A stretch of 64,000 nucleotides of DNA from Desulfotomaculum sp. (lineage in GTDB: Bacteria; Bacillota; Desulfotomaculia; Desulfotomaculales; Nap2-2B). Position 1 is the stretch's first letter. Every line of letters starts with the position of its first letter. A program made the position numbers and the translations under genes. Under the pieces are notes generated by a model that was not told the DNA's origin, did no database searches, and saw nothing but the letters and a program-made list of their open reading frames with translations. Positions 20,301 to 30,187 of this stretch are shown here, one piece after another. Location of the stretch: the NCBI GenBank assembly GCA_003485325.1, contig DMZI01000068.1:38553-102552 (forward strand). The letters run 5' to 3'.

Positions 20301-20684
20301 ATGGAAGATGAAAAAGATGCGGTTTGTTGGCAGGACGGAGGTGTAAACCCTTCTCATGAAACCCCGACCCTTATTAAAGCTGCCCATGAACGTGAGCATA
20401 AACATGACATAGAACATTATCTCGATGAAATCAAGAAATGGGAGTACTGTTATTGCGCGAATTGCAGGCAAATGAGATTTAGTACGGAACTTGAGGCAAC
20501 AGAGAACGGGATTCGCTGCGCCAAATGCAAAAGTTATAACCTGGAAGCCCCTGGCTGGGTTGTTTGCCCTTATCACAAAGATTCATTGGTTAAGTGCGCC
20601 CGGGCGGGTAAGGGAATAGTGAAATTAAAGCATGAAGCCGAGTGTAGGGATCACTGCCATTTTCGGGTAACCAAGGAAAAGTAA
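20301..20684 (+). CDS. hypothetical Cys-rich (10 Cys) zinc-ribbon-like protein, first gene of the hydroxylase operon
   Basis: 127 aa from the ATG with an AAGGAGAG RBS. Motifs are CYCANC...CAKC (ribbon-like pair), then C..H, C and CRDHCH. I recognise no family. Confidence 0.6.
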   Translation: MEDEKDAVCWQDGGVNPSHETPTLIKAAHEREHKHDIEHYLDEIKKWEYCYCANCRQMRFSTELEATENGIRCAKCKSYNLEAPGWVVCPYHKDSLVKCARAGKGIVKLKHEAECRDHCHFRVTKEK

Positions 20685-20794
20685 TAAAAGCTGGAAAAAT
20701 ACGATTTTAACAATTTGTAAGAAGAGGTGGTACAGGAAACTAGGGATAGTCGGGGTTTTTAGTGTTTGAAAAATTGCGAAGAGGTGATCAAAAC

Positions 20795-21664
20795 ATGTAT
20801 CTGCCAAATTTTGAATATTTTCAGCCGGATAGTATTGAGGAAACCTGCCAATTGTTGTCACAGTTTGGTTCCAAAGCCAAATTGTTCGCCGGCGGGACCG
20901 ATGTTATCATCAAGATGAAAAAAGAGTTGTTGTCGCCGGAAATCCTCGTCTCCATCGAGAAAATCGACCAATTGAAAAAAATCGAGTATGTACCCGGCAA
21001 AGGCGTTGTTATCGGAAGCGGAGTTACCCATAACGATTTAGTCTATTCAGAGCTTTTGCATGAAAAATACCTGTCCATATCCGAAGCGGCCCGGCAAATG
21101 GCGAACAACCAGGTGCGAAACCTCGGCACCGTAGGCGGCAATATCGGCAGCGCCGTACCTTCCGCCGATCTGCCGCCGATACTCATCGCCCTTGGCGCAA
21201 CCGTTAAAATTACGGGTGTGAAGGGAGATCGGACCATGGATCTGGAAGATGTGTTCATCGGTCCCGGTAAGACCGTTTTGGCACAAGACGAAATTATCAC
21301 CGAAGTAGTCATCCCCGACCAGAAAATGACCGGCAGCAATTACATCAAATTCGGGCTGCGGGCATCGGGCGCCTTAGCCGTGGTTGGTGTGGCGGCAGCA
21401 GTTCAAGTTGAAAACAATGCCATCAAAGAGGCGAGAATAGTACTGGGAGCGGTTTCACCCACACCGGTGCGGGCAAAAAAAGCCGAAGAGTTCCTGAAAG
21501 ACAAGAAAATCAGCGACGAACTATTGGCCGGAGCCGGGGTCATTGCCTCCGGGGAATGCGTGCCTATCACAGACATACGGGCCTCGGCCGAATACCGTAA
21601 AGACATGGTGCGCGTCTTTACCAGGCGGGCATTGCGCAAAGCTATCGACGAAGGGCATGCTTAA
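20795..21664 (+). CDS. xanthine dehydrogenase family FAD-binding subunit (CoxM/XdhB-like)
   Basis: About 289 aa from the ATG with an AGAGGTGA RBS. It has FAGGTDVIIKMK and GTVGGNIGSAVPSADLPP, and a C-terminal CO dehydrogenase flavoprotein domain (SAEYRKDM). Confidence 0.9.
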   Translation: MYLPNFEYFQPDSIEETCQLLSQFGSKAKLFAGGTDVIIKMKKELLSPEILVSIEKIDQLKKIEYVPGKGVVIGSGVTHNDLVYSELLHEKYLSISEAARQMANNQVRNLGTVGGNIGSAVPSADLPPILIALGATVKITGVKGDRTMDLEDVFIGPGKTVLAQDEIITEVVIPDQKMTGSNYIKFGLRASGALAVVGVAAAVQVENNAIKEARIVLGAVSPTPVRAKKAEEFLKDKKISDELLAGAGVIASGECVPITDIRASAEYRKDMVRVFTRRALRKAIDEGHA

Positions 21665-21680
21665 GAAAGGGGCGCTGAAA

Positions 21681-22178
21681 ATGTTAAAGTTCGTTACAGA
21701 TAAAGACGGAGTCAAACGTTATTTAGTTTCATTAAAAGTTAACGGCAACGAGTATACAAGGATGGTTAAAGCCAACAGCCTGCTGGTAAACTTCTTGCGG
21801 GAGGAGCTTGACCTTACCGGAACTAAAAAGGCGTGCGAACAGGCCGATTGCGGCGCCTGCACCGTGCTGCTGGATGGGAAACCGGTCAACTCCTGCATGA
21901 TCCTGACCATCAACGCCGACGGGCGGGAAGTCATAACTGTCGAAGGTCTCGCTACAAATGGAAAGCTGGACATACTCCAGGAAAAATTCATAGAACACTC
22001 GGCGCCGCAATGCGGCTACTGCACTCCCGGCATACTCATGTCGGCCAAAGCGTTGCTTAATCGCAATCCCCACCCAACCGAATATGAAGTACGCGAGGCT
22101 ATAGCAGGCAACCTGTGCCGTTGCACAGGATATGTCAATTACGTCAAGGCAATTTTAGACGCGGCAGAAAATCAATAA
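21681..22178 (+). CDS. xanthine dehydrogenase family (2Fe-2S)-binding subunit
   Basis: 165 aa with CEQADCGACTV (plant-type cluster) and CGYCTPG...CRCTGY (second cluster). Confidence 0.9.
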   Translation: MLKFVTDKDGVKRYLVSLKVNGNEYTRMVKANSLLVNFLREELDLTGTKKACEQADCGACTVLLDGKPVNSCMILTINADGREVITVEGLATNGKLDILQEKFIEHSAPQCGYCTPGILMSAKALLNRNPHPTEYEVREAIAGNLCRCTGYVNYVKAILDAAENQ

Positions 22179-22186
22179 AGAAAGGA

Positions 22187-24526
22187 ATGGGAACATTGAG
22201 CGAAAAACATTCCTATGTTGGAAAAAACCTTCAGAGAACTGACGTACTGGATAAGGTGACCGGGCGCGGCAAATTTACCGCCGACCTCAAATTTTCTAAC
22301 ATGTTGTATGGAAAACTTATTTACAGCACGCATGCTCACGCGCGAATTTTAAATATCGACACATCCGAAGCTGAAAAACTGCCCGGTATAAAGGCCATTA
22401 TTACCGCCAAAGACGTGCCCTCGATAAGATACGGGCTTAGCCCCGCCCGCTATGACGAAAACATATTTTGCATCGACACAGTCAAATTTTATGGTGATAA
22501 AATAGGCGCTGTGTGTGCGATTGATGAAGATACGGTATATGAAGCCCTCAAGTTGATTAAAGTAGAATACGAAGCGCTGCCGGCCGTATTTACTCCCGCT
22601 GAAGCGGCTGCAGAAGGCGCGCCGCAAATCTTTGAGGAATACCCGCGCAACCTTAACACAGAAATTCACCAGCATTTCGGTGATTGCGACAAAGCACAGG
22701 AAGAAGCCTACTACGTGCGCACCGACCGCTTTCAGGGACAACGCACGATACACGGCGTCATCGAACCACACTGCACAATCGCCTACTGGGAAGGGAAAAG
22801 AGTAATTGTTCATGCCGCCCACCAGTCAGTCCACTACCTGCAGCATCACCTAGCCCGGATTTTAGGAATGAAAGAAGGCGACATACGCGTAATCACCCCC
22901 TATGTGGGCGGCGGTTTCGGCGGAAAACTCGATGTCAGCGGCCTGGATATTTCAGCCATTATCCTTTCCAAAATAACCGGCCAGCCGGTCAAAATGGCTT
23001 ATGACCTGGAAGAAGTTTGGCTAAACGGCCGCGGCCGTCACGGCATGGATATGGAATACACCACCGGCGTAACCAAAGAAGGAAAAATCCTCTTCGTAAA
23101 AAATGAGATTGTCATAGACGGCGGCGCGTACACTGGTCTGGGTATAGCCTCGGCTTACTACGCGGGAGCCCTGCTGACCGTGTTGTATAATTTCGATAAC
23201 TACAAGTTTGACGCGTATAGGTACGTAACCAACCTGCCGCCCTGCGGCGCACAAAGAGGACACGGGCAGCCGCACCCGCGCTACGCTTTTGAAAGCCACT
23301 TGGATCACATCGCTGAAGATCTTGGTATAGACCCGATCGAGATACGTATAATCAATGCCCGCAAATCCGGTGATGTAACACCAAACGGATACGAACTAAA
23401 GTCATATTTCTTGAAAGAAGCAAATGAACTGGCGCGGGACGCCTCCGGGTGGAAAGACAAGAAAGGCAAGATGGCCAAGGGCAGAGGCATCGGCGTCGGC
23501 AACGGCGGTTTTGTTTCCGGCGCGGGTTTCTGTCAGTACCGGACCGACCTGCCGCACTCGATAGCCATGATCAAAGTGTATGACGACGGTTCCCATGCGA
23601 TCGTATATACCAATGCAGTCGATATTGGTCAGGGCAGCGATACGGTGCTCAGACAGATGGCCGCCGAGGGGATGGGTTATCCATACGACGACATCTCTAT
23701 CGTGTCCCATGATACCGACCTGGCTACCCTTGATTTTGGCGCTTATGCCAGCCGGCAGACCTTGATGGCCGGCTGGGCGGTAAAAAGAGCGGGAGAAGAT
23801 GTCAAGAGAAAAATTCTTGAGATGGCGGCGGAAATGATTAAAGTCAAGGAGGATGGCGGTTACCGCTCGGGCAAGTTGATGCCGGAAGAACTGGACTGCA
23901 GGGAAGGCATCGTATTTATGAAGCAGGAACCGGCTGTTAAAATAACCTTTGCCGAAGTGGCCCGTGCTTATTTTGTGAAAAACGGTTTGTTGATTGGGCG
24001 CGGCTATTACCACCCCGGCAAACTGGGCGGCCAGCACAAAGGGGCGGCGGTTGGCACGTCCCCGGCCTACAGCAGTGCGACCCAGGTTTCCGAGGTGACT
24101 GTTGATGAAGAAACCGGTATGGTAAAAGTTCTCAATACTTGGGACGTGCACGACAGCGGCGTCGCAATCAACCCGAATTTGTTGCACGGACAGGTGCACG
24201 GCGCCTTTGCCATGGGCATTGGTGAGACCCTCTGGGAAAAAGTAATGTTTGATGAAAAAGGAAAACTGCTCAACGGGAACTATGCTGAATACCGGCTGCC
24301 GACCGCGCTGGATATGCCGCCGGTGCATTCAATGATCTTGGATACTTTCGAACCCAACGGGCCTTATGGCGCGAAAGAAGTTGGCGAGGGCGCCACCACC
24401 CCGACCTTGGGTTGTGTTGCCAACGCTGTTTACGACGCCACAGGAGCCAGGGTATCCAGTCTGCCGCTTACTCCGGAGAAGGTCTGGCGCGCCATGAAGG
24501 AAAAAAGAGAGCGCGAAGAAAAGTAA
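22187..24526 (+). CDS. xanthine dehydrogenase family molybdopterin-binding large subunit (candidate selenium-dependent purine hydroxylase)
   Basis: About 779 aa with GKNLQRTD..KVTG, YVGGGFGGK, GQGSDT and AKEVGEG near the C-terminus. The start is uncertain (ATG 22187 or TTG 22196). Confidence 0.9.
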   Translation: MGTLSEKHSYVGKNLQRTDVLDKVTGRGKFTADLKFSNMLYGKLIYSTHAHARILNIDTSEAEKLPGIKAIITAKDVPSIRYGLSPARYDENIFCIDTVKFYGDKIGAVCAIDEDTVYEALKLIKVEYEALPAVFTPAEAAAEGAPQIFEEYPRNLNTEIHQHFGDCDKAQEEAYYVRTDRFQGQRTIHGVIEPHCTIAYWEGKRVIVHAAHQSVHYLQHHLARILGMKEGDIRVITPYVGGGFGGKLDVSGLDISAIILSKITGQPVKMAYDLEEVWLNGRGRHGMDMEYTTGVTKEGKILFVKNEIVIDGGAYTGLGIASAYYAGALLTVLYNFDNYKFDAYRYVTNLPPCGAQRGHGQPHPRYAFESHLDHIAEDLGIDPIEIRIINARKSGDVTPNGYELKSYFLKEANELARDASGWKDKKGKMAKGRGIGVGNGGFVSGAGFCQYRTDLPHSIAMIKVYDDGSHAIVYTNAVDIGQGSDTVLRQMAAEGMGYPYDDISIVSHDTDLATLDFGAYASRQTLMAGWAVKRAGEDVKRKILEMAAEMIKVKEDGGYRSGKLMPEELDCREGIVFMKQEPAVKITFAEVARAYFVKNGLLIGRGYYHPGKLGGQHKGAAVGTSPAYSSATQVSEVTVDEETGMVKVLNTWDVHDSGVAINPNLLHGQVHGAFAMGIGETLWEKVMFDEKGKLLNGNYAEYRLPTALDMPPVHSMILDTFEPNGPYGAKEVGEGATTPTLGCVANAVYDATGARVSSLPLTPEKVWRAMKEKREREEK

Positions 24527-24592
24527 TCCGGGCATTGTAGGGGGCTTTAAAATGAACCAAAAAGAAATTGATGAAATCAATAAAACTATACC

Positions 24593-25043
24593 TTAGATCT
24601 GATGACTGGCGTTGAAACCGCCGCCGGGACCATGTTGCTTGTTTCCAAAGATAGGTTTTGGCAAATTCATTTTTACATCAACCGTATCGATAATGTAATG
24701 GTTAAATAATACCATTGCATTTCGATTATTGGGCGGTTTTGAAAATGTCAATGCAGCAAGAAAAGAATCAAGCCTAAAAGTTTTAAAGGAACGGTTTTCT
24801 TTTGTTGCATTTAGGATAGTTTCAGTCCTTGATAGAGAAAAGCAGGTTTCTTTTGGAAGCCTGTTTTTTATTGCTTCGTTTAAAAAATAGGACAAAAAAT
24901 AATGGTCTGACAAAAGCAATGAAAAAAATTTCATTTTTTAAACCCAATCGGTCATGAACAGGTGACGAACCGCTATGGTATGCAGTAAAAGAATTACATA
25001 TTATTTTATTTAAAGACTTAAAGTAACACCGGTTCCAGTTCAT
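24593..25043 (-). pseudogene. frameshifted hypothetical ORF pair in an AT-rich spacer (possible gene or mobile-element remnant)
   Basis: Two overlapping - strand ORFs (24822-25043 and 24593-24934) would join with a single frameshift. The region is low GC and I recognise no family. Confidence 0.3.
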
Positions 25044-25136
25044 TTTTGCCGCCGGTTAGAAAAAGGTTTATGTAACCGGCAGGAGAATATTTAATGTATA
25101 TAAAATTATGATCAGAGAACCTGCATATTATAGAGT

Positions 25137-25985
25137 ATGCTTCTAGCAAGAAATGAATTGGGAAGGACAGGAAAATTGAGAGATTCAAGGCCTATCGGTT
25201 TGTTTGATTCGGGATTGGGAGGGCTTACTGTATCCCGGGAAATATTCAGCCTGATGCCCGATGAATCAACCATTTACTTCGGGGATACACTGCATGTGCC
25301 CTACGGATCTCGCAGCATACAGGAGCTAATTAATTTTGCTGATCAAATAATTGCTTTTCTGGTAAGTTGTAATGTAAAATACATTGTCTTTGCCTGCAAT
25401 ACAAATTCATCGCTTTCTCTTCAGGCCATGAGAAAACGGTATCAAGTTCCCATGAAAGGCTTGATTGAACCAGGAGCGAAACTGGCCGTGAGCTCCACTG
25501 TGAATAAAAGGGTTGGCATCATCGCAACGGAGGCGACTGTAAACAGCCAGGCATACCAGCGCGCAATCAATTCATTGAATCCGTCTGTTTCTGTTTTTGC
25601 CCAGCCTGCCCCGCTTTTAGTTCCTCTGGTAGAGGCCGGGATGTCGGAAACCCAAAAGGTGTTTGACGCTGTATGTGAATATGTGAGTCCGTTAAAATCA
25701 GCTCATATAGATACTCTAATCCTCGGCTGTACCCATTATCCGTTTCTGCTTGCGCATTTCCGGAAGTGCCTTGGTCCGGAAATTGTTTTTATCGATCCCG
25801 CTGCAGCAGCAGTTTTAGAATCAAAGGAAGATATGAGCAGTTTAAATCTGTTGAAAAAATCATCAAAGGTCGCTCCCAGTCATCGTTATTTTGTAAGCGG
25901 GGACCCTGCCGATTTTGCTTTTAAAGCAGAAAGCCTGGGTTGCGGCCGGATTACAGTTGAACGTATCGTGCTGGATAAGAGCTGA
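25137..25985 (+). CDS. murI: glutamate racemase
   Basis: It has GLFDSGLGGLTV, FACNT and LGCTHYP catalytic Cys motifs. The start may be the TTG at 25176. Confidence 0.9.
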   Translation: MLLARNELGRTGKLRDSRPIGLFDSGLGGLTVSREIFSLMPDESTIYFGDTLHVPYGSRSIQELINFADQIIAFLVSCNVKYIVFACNTNSSLSLQAMRKRYQVPMKGLIEPGAKLAVSSTVNKRVGIIATEATVNSQAYQRAINSLNPSVSVFAQPAPLLVPLVEAGMSETQKVFDAVCEYVSPLKSAHIDTLILGCTHYPFLLAHFRKCLGPEIVFIDPAAAAVLESKEDMSSLNLLKKSSKVAPSHRYFVSGDPADFAFKAESLGCGRITVERIVLDKS

Positions 25986-26026
25986 AAATCTTTTTTGAAC
26001 TTTTACAAAGGTGATAGCTGGCGCTG

Positions 26027-27019
26027 ATGAACAGGGGTAAAATAGGGATTACAACAACAATACCTGTTGAAATTGTTTACTCTGCCGGATATATTCCGGT
26101 GGATTTGAACAACTTGTTTATAAGTGACCCTGATGCGTTGACGCTTGTTGAAGAAGCTGAAATAGCGGGATACCCGCGTAATACCTGCGCATGGATTAAA
26201 GGCCTTTACAGTATCGTATTAAAGCACAGGGATATACGGACCGTTATTGCAGTTACCCAGGGGGATTGCAGCAACACCCATGCCCTTATGGAAACATTGC
26301 AATTGGAAGGTGTACAAGTTATTCCTTTCGCGTATCCTTTTGATCGCGACAGGGATCTTTTAAAACTGCAGATAGAAAAACTAATGTCCTATTTTGGTGT
26401 AAAGAATCAACAGGTTGAACCGGTCCGCGAGAAGCTCAACAAGATCAGGCGTAAGGTTTGGAAACTTGATCAACTTACATTTTCCGAAAATGTAATCAGC
26501 GGCTGGGACAACCATTATTATCAGGTAAGCTGCAGCGATTTTAAAGGCAACCCTGAAAGATTCGAAAGTGAGCTGGACACTTTTTTATCAGGTTTAAAGG
26601 GGGCAGTTTTACCCGAGACAGAGATCCGGCTGGGATATGCCGGTGTGCCGCCGATCATAGGTGACTTGTACAGCTACATGGAGGAAAAGGGCGCCCGGAT
26701 TGTTTTTAATGAAACACAGCGTCAGTTTACGATGCCCTTTGAGACACAGGATTTGGTTGAACAATATCGGTTATATACTTACCCGTACGGTATTTTTTTT
26801 CGTTTGCAGGACATTCTGAGGCAGATCGAAAAACGTAAAATAGACGGCCTTGTCCATTATGCCCAGGGTTTCTGTTTTCGGCAGATAGAAGACCTGATCA
26901 TGAGAAAAAAAATAAATATTCCAGTGCTTACCCTGGAGGGGGACAAGCCCAATCATCTGGATGCACGGACACGAACGAGGATCGACGCCTTTTTAGAAAT
27001 GATCAGCCGGTCTAAATAA
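26027..27019 (+). CDS. 2-hydroxyacyl-CoA dehydratase family protein (HgdB/BcrC-like, stand-alone)
   Basis: 330 aa. The N-terminus KIGITTTIPVEIVYSAGYIPVDL and conserved Cys residues (C54, C81) are typical of the HGD-D family. No activator or partner subunit is adjacent. Confidence 0.65.
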   Translation: MNRGKIGITTTIPVEIVYSAGYIPVDLNNLFISDPDALTLVEEAEIAGYPRNTCAWIKGLYSIVLKHRDIRTVIAVTQGDCSNTHALMETLQLEGVQVIPFAYPFDRDRDLLKLQIEKLMSYFGVKNQQVEPVREKLNKIRRKVWKLDQLTFSENVISGWDNHYYQVSCSDFKGNPERFESELDTFLSGLKGAVLPETEIRLGYAGVPPIIGDLYSYMEEKGARIVFNETQRQFTMPFETQDLVEQYRLYTYPYGIFFRLQDILRQIEKRKIDGLVHYAQGFCFRQIEDLIMRKKINIPVLTLEGDKPNHLDARTRTRIDAFLEMISRSK

Positions 27020-27399
27020 TTAGACATCCATGCTGCTACGCAGCACCAGCAGCAGGATGAAAAAGTAAGTATTCAGTAAAACCGTCCAAAGGGCACGGGT
27101 TGTCAAAGCGAACGACTTGCGAAGCTCCGGTAACATCAGATAAGCGAAGCGAGGGTAACCGGACAGCGATGCGAAACCAGCGGCTCTCTTAAGTTGTTAT
27201 AAAAGCAGTCTTAATTCCAAAGTTAACAGGGCGATGTTGTTAGTTACTCATATGCCGCCTTTGCAGCGCCGCTAGTCCGGTCCGATGCAAGCTGCGCTGC
27301 TGTCGGTGCTTAAGCATCGGAGTAAGCGGTGACAATGCCGTGTCTATAGGACTCATTATATAAAAAACTAATTTTCAGGATGGATAGTTATCAGGATAG
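27020..27399. repeat. intergenic repeat copy: head + B-body + duplicated tail, forward orientation
   Basis: 27071-27184 aligns to rc 60970-61086, 27252-27350 aligns to rc 60801-60898, and head 27021-27065 aligns to rc 61347-61390. The central ~65 bp is not alignable. Confidence 0.85.
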
Positions 27400-27441
27400 T
27401 TGCCTATGGTACTATATAAAGGATAAAGGGGAGGAATGTAT

Positions 27442-28659
27442 GTGAAAAAAGTTGTCTTAGCGTACTCCGGTGGTCTTGATACTTCTATAATTATTCCATG
27501 GCTTAAAGAAAACTATGATTGCCAGGTAATTGCAATGGTTGCCGATCTGGGCCAGGGCGATGAGCTTAACCTGATCGAGGAAAAGGCGCTTAAAAGCGGC
27601 GCCAGCAAAGTTTATATCCAGGATGTAAGAAAGAGATTTGTTGAAGAATATATTTTCCCGGCTTTAAAAGCCGGAGCAATATATGAAAGCAGATACCTTT
27701 TGGGTACTTCCCTGGCTCGCCCTTTAATAGCCCAGCAGTTGGTAGAAATAGCTGAAAAGGAAGGGGCCGAAGCGGTTGCCCATGGCGCAACCGGCAAGGG
27801 TAACGATCAGGTGCGTTTTGAATTGAGCGTTAAAGCGCTGAATCCGCGTTTAAAAATTATTGCGCCCTGGCGTGAGTGGAAAATAATCTCCAGGGATGAA
27901 GCAATAGACTACGCCAATGCAAGAGGCATTCCCGTACCTGTAACAAAAGAGCGGCCATACAGCATGGACCGCAACCTCATGCACCTCAGCCATGAGGGAG
28001 GACTTCTTGAGGACCCGGCCAATGAAATGCCTGCTGATGTCCTGATGCTTACGGTACAACCGGAAAAAGCGCCCGATAATCCTACCTATCTGGAAATTTA
28101 CTTCGAATGCGGGTCGCCAAAAAAGGTTGATGGCATTGAGCTTGATCCCGTTTCTTTGTTGGAAAGATTGAACCTGATCGGCGGCGCCAACGGAATTGGC
28201 ATAGTTGATATGGTTGAGAACCGTCTGGTGGGAATTAAATCACGCGGCGTCTATGAAACGCCCGGCGGCACATTGCTTTTCATCGCGCACAGAGAATTGG
28301 AAAGCCTTTGTCTGGACCGGATGACCATGCATTTTAAAGAAATAGTGGCTTCGAGATACTCCGAGTTGGTTTATGAAGGGGTTTGGTTTGCGCCTTTAAA
28401 AGAGGCCCTGGACGCTTTTGTAGAAAATACTCAAAAGACAGTTACCGGAACTGTGCGTCTTAAATTATATAAAGGGAACTGTACGCCGGCGGGAGCGCTT
28501 TCTCCTTATTCATTATACGATCCCGAACTGGCCACTTTTGGGCGTGATCAAGCATATAACCAGGCTGATGCCACCGGTTTTATTAACATTTTCGGGCTTC
28601 CTCTAAAAGTTAGGGCGTTGATGGAGGAGAAAGCTGGTTTAAAGAATGGGTCAAAATAA
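27442..28659 (+). CDS. argG: argininosuccinate synthase
   Basis: It has [14 protein letters not shown] and [15 protein letters not shown]. The GTG at 27442 lies 7 nt after GGGGAGG. The longest ORF starts at the ATG at 27436. Confidence 0.95.
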   Translation: MKKVVLAYSGGLDTSIIIPWLKENYDCQVIAMVADLGQGDELNLIEEKALKSGASKVYIQDVRKRFVEEYIFPALKAGAIYESRYLLGTSLARPLIAQQLVEIAEKEGAEAVAHGATGKGNDQVRFELSVKALNPRLKIIAPWREWKIISRDEAIDYANARGIPVPVTKERPYSMDRNLMHLSHEGGLLEDPANEMPADVLMLTVQPEKAPDNPTYLEIYFECGSPKKVDGIELDPVSLLERLNLIGGANGIGIVDMVENRLVGIKSRGVYETPGGTLLFIAHRELESLCLDRMTMHFKEIVASRYSELVYEGVWFAPLKEALDAFVENTQKTVTGTVRLKLYKGNCTPAGALSPYSLYDPELATFGRDQAYNQADATGFINIFGLPLKVRALMEEKAGLKNGSK

Positions 28660-29812
28660 AAAAATTCTTGTTGTATTTGGTACCAGGCCCGAAGCAATTA
28701 AGATGGCGCCGTTGATCAAGGAACTGGCCCGTTATCCTGAAGAGATCAACTGTCTCGTTGCCGTAACAGCCCAGCACCGGGAAATGCTTGATCAGGTTCT
28801 TGATCTTTTTGGCATCCGGCCGGATTTTGATTTAAATATCATGAAATCCGAGCAGAGCCTTTTCGAGATTACTTGCAGGGTACTTTCAGGTCTGCAGGAA
28901 ATATTTAATGAAGAACGTCCGGACCTGGCGCTTGTTCACGGAGATACAACAACCACATTTGTTTCAGCGCTCGCAGCCTATTATTTGCAGATACCTGTAG
29001 GGCATGTCGAAGCCGGTCTGCGTACAGGTGATAAATATGCCCCCTTTCCGGAAGAAATTAACAGGCGGCTTACTGCGGGAATAGCCGACCTTCATTTTGC
29101 GCCGACCGGCCTGGCAAGGGACAACCTTTTAAAAGAGGGTATCAGCAGGGAAAAAATCTTCGTCACCGGAAATACTGTAATTGACGCGCTTTTTTTAACC
29201 TTAAAGGACAACTATAGTTTTAATAATAGCGTTTTAAACAACATAGACTATAAAAATCATAAGGTGATACTTGTAACTACACACAGGCGTGAAAATTTTG
29301 GCGGGCCAATGAAATCGGTTTACAGAGCGCTTAAAACAATTGTTGATTTATACCCCGAAGTGGAGGTTGTCTTTTCGGTACACAGGAATCCCGTGGTAAG
29401 AAACGCCGTTGCCGAATTGTTAAGTAATCTTAATCGTGTACATCTGATTGATCCGCTTGAGTATGAGCCATTTATTAACTTAATGAACCGCAGTTACCTT
29501 GTCCTTACTGACTCGGGCGGCCTTCAGGAAGAGGCCCCGGCCCTCGGTAAACCAGTGCTGGTCTTAAGAGATGTTACGGAAAGGCCTGAGGCAGTTTGGG
29601 CTGGAACGGTACGGGTTATTGGTACGCAATATGAAAAAATCGTTTCAGAGGTCCGGTTTTTGCTTGATGATCAACAGCATTACCAGAGGATGTCTGAAGC
29701 AGTAAACCCGTATGGGGACGGGATGGCTTCCCAACGGATCTGCGGGGCGTTGTTCCATTATTTTGGATTTGCCGGGAACCCTCCCGAAGAGTACGTTGCG
29801 AATAAAAAATAA
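28646..29812 (+). CDS. wecB: UDP-N-acetylglucosamine 2-epimerase (non-hydrolysing)
   Basis: 388 aa with [21 protein letters not shown] and [20 protein letters not shown]. Confidence 0.9.
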   Translation: MGQNKKILVVFGTRPEAIKMAPLIKELARYPEEINCLVAVTAQHREMLDQVLDLFGIRPDFDLNIMKSEQSLFEITCRVLSGLQEIFNEERPDLALVHGDTTTTFVSALAAYYLQIPVGHVEAGLRTGDKYAPFPEEINRRLTAGIADLHFAPTGLARDNLLKEGISREKIFVTGNTVIDALFLTLKDNYSFNNSVLNNIDYKNHKVILVTTHRRENFGGPMKSVYRALKTIVDLYPEVEVVFSVHRNPVVRNAVAELLSNLNRVHLIDPLEYEPFINLMNRSYLVLTDSGGLQEEAPALGKPVLVLRDVTERPEAVWAGTVRVIGTQYEKIVSEVRFLLDDQQHYQRMSEAVNPYGDGMASQRICGALFHYFGFAGNPPEEYVANKK

Positions 29813-29904
29813 AATTGAATAAAAACTAAAATTTTAAAATATATATGCAGGATTTATGCTGTGCTCGTAGAAAATAATAATAAGATGGGTGAATCTGTAG
29901 AAAT

Positions 29905-30186
29905 ATGAAAACAAGGTCCCCAGAAAAGAACCAGGCAAAAAATGAAGATAAAAAAAACAATCAGAAACGGCAGATATTCAGTTACGCAAGGATTTATGCA
30001 CTGGCTTCTACAGTTGGATTTCAAATCGCCATACCTATAGTAGTTGGCATATTGGGAGGAAGGTATTTAGATCGTAGGTTTGGCACTGAGCCGTGGCTTA
30101 TGGTAGTGTGTTTGTTCCTGGGGATCGTGGTAGGCATAGTAGGATTAGCAAAACTGGTAGAGGATTTTTTCGGAGAGGGGAAGTAG
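29905..30186 (+). CDS. atpZ: AtpZ/AtpI-family small membrane protein
   Basis: 93 aa with a basic N-terminus and two TM helices, located at the head of the atp operon. Confidence 0.65.
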   Translation: MKTRSPEKNQAKNEDKKNNQKRQIFSYARIYALASTVGFQIAIPIVVGILGGRYLDRRFGTEPWLMVVCLFLGIVVGIVGLAKLVEDFFGEGK

Positions 30187-30187
30187 G

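Noticed and set aside
23402-24328. 308-aa antisense ORF inside the Mo-subunit gene (also 22349-22822, 22684-23004, 23021-23308)
   Set aside because: It lies entirely within a gene with strong family motifs on the + strand. Long antisense ORFs are expected in GC-rich coding DNA. The product is Arg/Gly/His-rich nonsense with no RBS.
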